Origin: Ophelia neglecta
Lineage: Eukaryota
Assembly (NCBI GenBank): GCA_965285935.1
Contig: OZ260664.1
Coordinates: 80,848,001 to 80,912,000 of the forward strand
DNA length: 64,000 nt
Direction of reading: 5' to 3'
Shown here: positions 57,296 through 64,000 of the stretch, one piece after another
Layout: each line of letters opens with the position of its first letter
Numbering within the stretch: position 1 is the first letter of the stretch
The notes under the pieces: model-generated
Database searches by the model: none
Told to the model about the DNA's origin: nothing
Seen by the model: only the letters and a program-made list of their open reading frames with translations
Program-made: the position numbers and the translations under genes

Positions 57296-60200
57296 TCAAT
57301 GCACGGTTTTTTGAGTCGGTGCAGGAGTCGGTGCAGGAGTCGGTGCAGGTGCAGGAGTCGGCGCAGGAGTCGGTGCAGGTGCAGGACTCGGTGCAGGAGT
57401 CGGTGCAGGAGTCGGAGCTGATGTTTCCATGTAAAAGCAGAATAAAAGATGCGGCAAGAAACTAGGTCAAGTCAACCATACGCCTGTTGGCTTATACAAT
57501 AATATATCACTGCATCATGGGTGATGATTAAAAATAATAAGACAAATTATGAATATATATATGAAAACATACCAGATTCGTCACAAGTGGTGGACGACGC
57601 CCGACAATCTTTCGCATTGTCGTCCCAAACGAGCGTGGCTGCACAAGGCATATCATACTTTTCTTCCCAGTTACAGGAGACATAGCCGCTGCAGGTGTCA
57701 CATGATTGGTACGTACCGGGAGTCGTGCATGAGCTCACGCAATCGCCTGCATTGAAGAAATGATGTGATCTATGTAGCTAGGCGTTCGATTCGGATGCCG
57801 AAGGTAACAAGTTTGATCCCAATTTCGATTAGGCCTATAAGCCTTTCAAGATTCTGTTCCCCAAACCCAAAGGACAGAGATTTCCCTGGTAGATGGTTAG
57901 CCACGAAGTGCTGCATGTGTCAGCTAGCTGTATACTGCGGAGGCAGCTGGAAGGATACTCGGGTGAGATGAATACATCCAGCCAGAGGAACCACGTCACA
58001 TCGGACGTAAATGTTTAGTGGGGATAGCAGGTTTGCTAATTGCATACAAACTAAAGGACTCAGCGGACGAGCTAAATTTCGGGAGTGGCTCCATCCGTTT
58101 TCATCCGCTCTAGAAATGGACATAATTGGCGAAAGTTTGCGAAAACAGAATGGAAAAGAACGGACGTGGGTAGTATGTAGCGGGGATGTTAATCGGATGT
58201 TCATCGGAAGCCTAGCGAATGAAAGCGGAGGGAAGTGGATGACAGCCCCAAAGGGCTTACCGGGGATAATTGCAAAGCGGACGCATTGCGGAAAGAGCGG
58301 ATGCATAGCGGATGAAGCGGATGTATCACGTACGCCTAACGGAAACAAGCGCTTTGTCCGTTTTGAATCTTATTATATACGAGATGCATACGCTTACACC
58401 CTTTTTATTTCCGTGCTACCAGCACCAGCAATGTATATGGACGTTCCATGTACCTTATCTTTCCTTCCGCTTTCTGTTTTCCGCTGCAGTGGATGTGAGT
58501 TGCGAGGATGCCCAGAGGATGCAGAGAGGATACAGCGGAAGTTTAATGGATGATAACGGACATAGAACGTTTGTTGCTCGTATAAGTCGCGGAATTACAT
58601 CGTACACGGCGAAAAGTTCATCCGTTCTAAAAGTTTTGTGCAGCTCAAAACTTTTTGCGCGGATGAAATCACAGTGGACGGATGCTCGATGGATAGGGCG
58701 TATGAAACACGTATATGCAATGAGTACACAACGGATGCATAGCGTTTTCCAACGGATGGCAGGTTTTTTTACGTTTTACATCCTCGTTGCATCCGTAACT
58801 GCAGTTTGACCGGGCCTTAAGGTTTTTGACGATTGACACTATTCAGTCAGAGCGATACATGTAAACTTATAGGCCTATTGGTCAGTCAATAAAGAAGTAT
58901 AACGCGTTAACACTCGCACGTTGTTTGATACTTTAAATAATGTCATTATAGGGGAGACGCTTAGTCATATTAAAACTAAGATAGCTAAGGGCATTGGTAT
59001 CCTTGGACGTGCGCGAAAGTTTTTTGATAATAAGACATTAGTTAATCTTTACTATTGTTTTATTCATCCGTATTTAGAGTATTGTGTTGAAGCATGGGGA
59101 TCGACTTACTCAACATATCTTGATCCCCTAGTCAAAATACAAAAAAGGGCGGTGCGCATAATACTTGGTGTCAATCAAAGGTCGTCGACTAATGATTTGT
59201 TTATACTCTTAAAAATTGTTCCCTTCACAAAGCTACATACCTATAGTGTTTATAAATTCCTTTATAAACTGGTGAACGGTATCTCACCTCCTGCAATTCG
59301 ATCTATGTTTGTACTTAATTCCAATGTGCATAGTCACAATACTCGTCAATCATCTAATATCCATGTCCAATCTATAAACTGTGAAGCACGCAGACGTAAT
59401 CTACGCCATCAAGCCTCTTTGTTATTCAACTGTAACACCAGTTTTGCATATGATGTATCTTTTGTTACGTTCAAGTACTTTGTTAAGTGTGCTTTACTAT
59501 TCAATTAATTAATCTCATATGCTAATGTGCTGTTGGCTGGTCAACCAATCAACCTAATCCTAATTCATTGTATTCTTTTTCGTTATTCTCTTCTCTATTT
59601 GTCCATTATAATTATTATATTCCTGTTATAATCTATAAGCTTGGGAAAATAAGCGCATGCGCTTCTCCCTATTGTCATCCTATTTACATCAAATCATATT
59701 TATAATACTGTATCATATAATGCTGTATTATATGAGATGGACAATAAACCGTTATTCAATTCAAATTCAATTCAATGGATAACTTAATATTAAAAACTGT
59801 ACTTTGTACAGTTAATTGTAAATTGTAAATAGTAAATTGTACTTTGTTTCTCTCCGTTGGCTTCACATGTGGTGACCAGTGCCATTCACCGTTGAGCAGT
59901 GTACTAACTGTCTCCATGCATTTTGCATGAAGCATAGGCACCTACCTGGCGGTTGTCGTCTGCACTTCTTACTATTCCTGTTTTATTCTGGTAGCTTATA
60001 CTGATCTCAACTATCCAAATAGTAAAAGCAGGATTTTATTGCGTACTAGGAAATGTACAAATGTTCAAAATGCGATCTCATATGTCCAGGAAAAATTGCA
60101 TAACACTTGTCCATCTTACAAACTTTGAATGGACAATTTTAAAATACAATTTGAAAAAAACCTTTTAGGGGGTGGGGTGGGGGTTGTCCCCAGATTACCC

Positions 60201-61642
60201 TGGCATTTCTGCGTCAAATCTGCGATAGAAGAGTAGGTATATTATCAGGGATCGAATGATCAGTTGAGGCCTTCAAGGGGGTCTATAAAGAGAGTTTACT
60301 TATTCACTTATCATCAAACTTGCGCTAGTCAAGTTGCCGTTTAAAGTTGAGCTGAAACCTCGGAAGCAAAGAATATAAACCTTCGGTCTATCATGATCTG
60401 TTAACGGTAGAGGAGATATAATTTTTACGGATGAAAACACTGATTGACACCTGTCACAATTTATTTTGGACATCTTGGATCCCGGTACTTGTAGTTTCCG
60501 TTATTTACGGCGAATATAATCGAGGATTTCCTAGCAAAATAACATAACTATGATTCATGTTTTCCCATGCGTTGATTCAGCAAGTTAGATTCATTATAAA
60601 ATTTATGGATAATTAATATCGAAGAATAAATTGATGCAAAACGATCATGTTTGATCGATAATCCCCCATTAAAAAATCAATACGCAGTCATGTGGGCAGG
60701 TAAGACAACTATAGCATGATCTTACTCGGCTATATCCGCTATCCAAATGGTCGTCATCTTGCGCGGAAAATTGATCATAATATATACCATCATAGTGTCA
60801 CGTGACCAGGGATCGAAGGACACCACACATGGAGACTCCAAAAATGTAAAGAAGATTGAGAATGTGCGCGCACTGATGTGTACGAGTCTGGTCGGGTCAA
60901 TACACTTTCCATAACGTAAATTCGAAATTTAAGCAGGAAAGTTGTTTTACGGTAAATGTTTGAATAAGTGACTTACTTAGTACATAGTAGCATAAGTCTC
61001 TAAATTTGCCATTGTGTTCGTTTTTAAAGGCATCTTGCCACACATTCCCCTTTCCGTAATTTTGCTTGGCACCTTTGAGCCGAGCCGATGTACAATATCC
61101 CTATCAGAAGTGTGAATCATTTAAACCAGATGTTAAAACAATGTTGTTTGCACTATACGGCCTAGGGTATCTTAAATGATATAGGAACTAATTCAATAAG
61201 GCTCTAGCTTAGTAAGTATTATCTATAGACTATTTATGCCGGGCCAGATTTTCTCCATATATTATACTCGCCGCACCGTTTTCAGCCCGGGATCCTGGTA
61301 TAAATTTTCCTCTATAAATGTAAAACATTCAAACAAGATATTCAAACCCAGTGTTTTGCACTATATGGACTTCACTTTCTGCGGTTACAGGTGGCAGCGG
61401 ACAGGTGCCTCGAGTACCCGTTATTTTAAGGGAAATATTGCCGTGGAAAGGTACTATTAATAGAGTGTCCATTCGGTAAAAGGCATGGGAAAAAGACTCG
61501 AATGAATATACAATATCAATAGAAGTGCACACCTAGGCATAGTCAGAAATTAGAAATATATATATTTATTTGTATACTAACCGTAGCAATTTTCCACCAT
61601 AAGCGTGAAGCAAATAGTGAGGAAAAGGTACAGGCTTGCCAT
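57296..61642 (-). CDS. Short secreted chitin-binding (CBM14-like) protein with a Pro/Thr/Ala tail, 118 aa (paralog B)
   Basis: Exons 61582-61642 (MASLYLFLTICFTLMVENCYG), 57573-57746 (chitin-binding domain, all Cys kept) and 57296-57417 (APTPAP...TQKTVH*). Splice sites are intact, total 357 nt. It could instead be a truncated duplicate or pseudogene. Confidence 0.65.
58052..58818. mobile_element. Harbinger-like MITE, second copy, left TIR deleted
   Basis: Same internal sequence as 47525-48269. The right end CAGTTTGACCGGGCCT+TAA is retained; ~215 bp including the left TIR is missing relative to copy 1. Confidence 0.8.
58962..59770 (+). mobile_element. 5'-truncated CR1/Crack-type LINE 3' end
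   Basis: HIKTKIAKGIGIL..LYYCFIHPYLEYCVEAWG..IQKRAVRII..HSHNTR, stop at 59508, then AATAAA and an (ATTCA)n tail. Absent from copy 1 at ~48414. Confidence 0.85.
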
Positions 61643-62615
61643 GATTATACCATTCGATCCGTTGTTTGATGAGATCAACACTGACTGCTAACTAATGACT
61701 CCCTGTTTTCCTCAAATAAGCGGTCTTTAAACCCATAACCAGATTGCTCATGGAATAAAAGGCTGAACGAACTAACCAACGATTTGTATATATAGTAAAC
61801 GACCAGCAGACCGTGAGCAAACGGAGGATTGGTTAAGAATTTACAAGTTCCGGCGTTTTACACGGCTTAATTTGGTACTAATTTGGAGCTTGGGGCTTCG
61901 GCTTTCCGGATGAGCCTGTTGTAAAGAAATCACAGGACAGTTCCCATGGTTACAGAGAAAACACACAAATCATTTGCCTGATTTTAATTATATGTCACGC
62001 ATTTGAATATTTCTTGTCAGAATTTGAAACAAATAAGACATGTTGTGAGCTGGGTTGACTTCCGACTTTGGCATAAAAACTTTTGACTGGTTCCTATGGT
62101 TGCGTCTTGAACGTGTTAGACTTTGCTATAATGTGATAGGCTTAATGCCGACAAACGAGTCGTTGGAATCAGCCCGTTTTTTGACAGGTATACACACTGC
62201 ATTTTAATTTTTAATTAACTTATTTACATAAATTCAAGCCCAAAGAGATATAGTTAAGCAATTCTGCCTTTGCCTTCCACTCAGTGGTAGAAAAGAACTA
62301 TTTTCATTCATCAGAAATCCATTTGATGAAGACAAAAGCATTCCGGTGAATCCCTTATTTCTTTGTAAACAATGATTTGGAAGTTACTAATGTAATAAGA
62401 ATGTATTGAAAAGCCAAGGCTACCAACAACAGCACTGAGCAAATCTACACACAATCTAACGGACTCATTCGGCACATTCCATATAACCCAGGAGTTTCCT
62501 TGTTGGGAATTTTCCACCGAATTGGTTGTGAAGAAATCTAAGCTCTGCCAGGCCGATTGCATTCTAGCATTATAATAATGTTAGTACCGATCACAAGTGA
62601 CAGACGACATTTTCC

Positions 62616-63042
62616 CTACTCTATAGTACTCATACTGGCGTTTAAGTTGTTAGGGTGCACGTGAAGTTTAGCGCCCTCTGCCGCGTTTATCAGAAAGCTC
62701 TTGGCCATTTTTTGAGCCTTTTTCAGTTTTGCTCGCCTCTTCGCATCCGCCAATTGTCTTTCATAATTTCTCTCAGCTCGCTTCTTAAGACAGATCTCCA
62801 ACAATCCAACTCCAATAAAAACTAATATGAAAATCCCGACTCCAACCGCTACACCGACTCCAAATTTGGAAGCTTCCGCTAAAAAAGATAAACACCATTT
62901 TAATCCTAAAGCAAAATCAAAGCCATCTAGCTACGCATCATGGTAAAGAAGGAATGATAACATTTATACAAGACTCAAAATTATAAAGGCATTGGCCAAT
63001 TATTGTACTGGGTTTTCACTCACATATTCCATCATCCGCCAT
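62616..63042 (-). CDS. Small single-pass membrane protein, ~93 aa, unknown function. Exons 63024-63042 and 62616-62878
   Basis: MADDGIS EASKFGVGVAVGVGIFILVFIGVGLLEICLKKRAERNYERQLADAKRRAKLKKAQKMAK...STIE*. Strong donor GTGAGT and acceptor TTTTTTAG in phase 1. One hydrophobic helix followed by a basic tail. Further upstream coding exons cannot be excluded. Confidence 0.6.
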
Positions 63043-63441
63043 ATTTCCTGCCCAATAGAACTATAATGCCGTACCTATAGCAATCGCATAAGTATTCGCA
63101 CGCACCACTTGACCACTTGTTTTGTATACGTTTCCATGGTTATCATTATGCCAAACGACATCATTTCCACCACCCTTGAGTATTTTACAGTCACATTCTA
63201 TACGTTTCTATTCAATGGTCCATTGACCACATTCAAATCCAAATGCAAAGTATTGCGTGACAATACCTAGTATACAACCTGCCAGTGGCAAGTTAACTCG
63301 CCGAAATACGCCCTCGCTAGGCTCTCGAATTAGTAATTCTTAAATATTTTATTGAATAAACCCGGTGAGATTGAAGGTTGTTGACTTCTTATATAAACCA
63401 AAACACGCAACACTGAGGTACATTGATCTGCTATAATTCTA

Positions 63442-63685
63442 GGCATACTGGAAAAGCTGATACGAAATACCAGATACGAGACGCAGATACGAGATATGAG
63501 GTGTTTAAAACGTAGCCATATGGACTAGGTTAGGGTTAGGGTGAAGGATAAAGTAAGTTATGATTCAGATAGGTTGCTAGCTTAACCCTACCCCTTACCC
63601 TGTCATAATCCAACTCAATCTTAATTTTTCGTATCTGTGTATCTCGTATTTCCTTCGTATTTCGTATCAGGTTTTCCAGTATGCC
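63442..63685. mobile_element. Foldback MITE with a 9-bp TSD (MULE- or Merlin-like)
   Basis: TIR GGCATACTGGAAAA(G/C)CTGATACGAAATAC at both ends. TSD ATAATTCTA at 63433-63441 and 63686-63694. Internal inverted TTAGGG/CCCTAA-like runs. Confidence 0.88.
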
Positions 63686-64000
63686 ATAATTCTACTTCGA
63701 AGCCGTACCGTGTTAGGTAAAATGATGTTGCAATGTAGATCATTATATTAATCAAGCAAGACTATGCATATTTAGACCAAGTCTCCCTCTTCAAAAGTTA
63801 TGCGTTTACAAAAGCCCTTTTCCTTCCCATGGTCGCTTGACAATTTTTGTAATTGTTTACAGGGTTGTGTTAAGTTTAGGAACATCTCCCTATGATCTTT
63901 AAAAGAAAGTTATGAACAACCCCCGCCCCCTAACCCCAACGACTTATGCATTTGATCGCGGCTGAATAAAATTGAACATAGTGATGTACATCTACTAACA

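Larger units (their letters stand above)
57313..62128. repeat. Segmental duplication, copy 2
   Basis: Colinear with 46620-51141. Confidence 0.93.

Noticed and set aside
59945-59977. Possible micro-exon GIVRSADDNRQ in intron 1 of the chitin-binding genes
   Set aside because: Its phase 1-0 is incompatible with the phase-1 acceptor of the next exon, and direct splicing from signal exon to chitin-binding exon already works.

Overview
AT-rich, intron-containing animal genomic DNA, probably from a marine lophotrochozoan (inferred from the chitin-binding domain style and the transposon families). All exon models below were assembled by eye from GT-AG junctions and phase checks. From left to right: (1) the last six exons of a sacsin-like gene (+), which stops just before the position of the DnaJ and HEPN domains; (2) a complete 22-exon receptor guanylyl cyclase of the NPR/GC-A type (+, 7409-38522, 1075 aa). 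Its introns hold a decayed RTE-X-like LINE, a full-length CR1-type LINE with an 11-bp TSD, an uninterrupted EN-RT frame and a virus-like 2A (DVELNPGP) motif, and a 42-bp minisatellite; (3) LINE, Helentron-like and MITE debris; (4) a ~4.5-4.8 kb segmental duplication carrying two paralogous secreted chitin-binding genes (-), one long (CBM14-mucin-2xTSP1, ~488 aa) and one short (CBM14 plus a Pro/Thr tail, 118 aa), which differ by SINE, LINE and MITE insertions or deletions; (5) a small single-pass membrane protein gene (-) and a MITE with a 9-bp TSD and telomere-like repeats. No rRNA, bona fide tRNA or CRISPR was seen.
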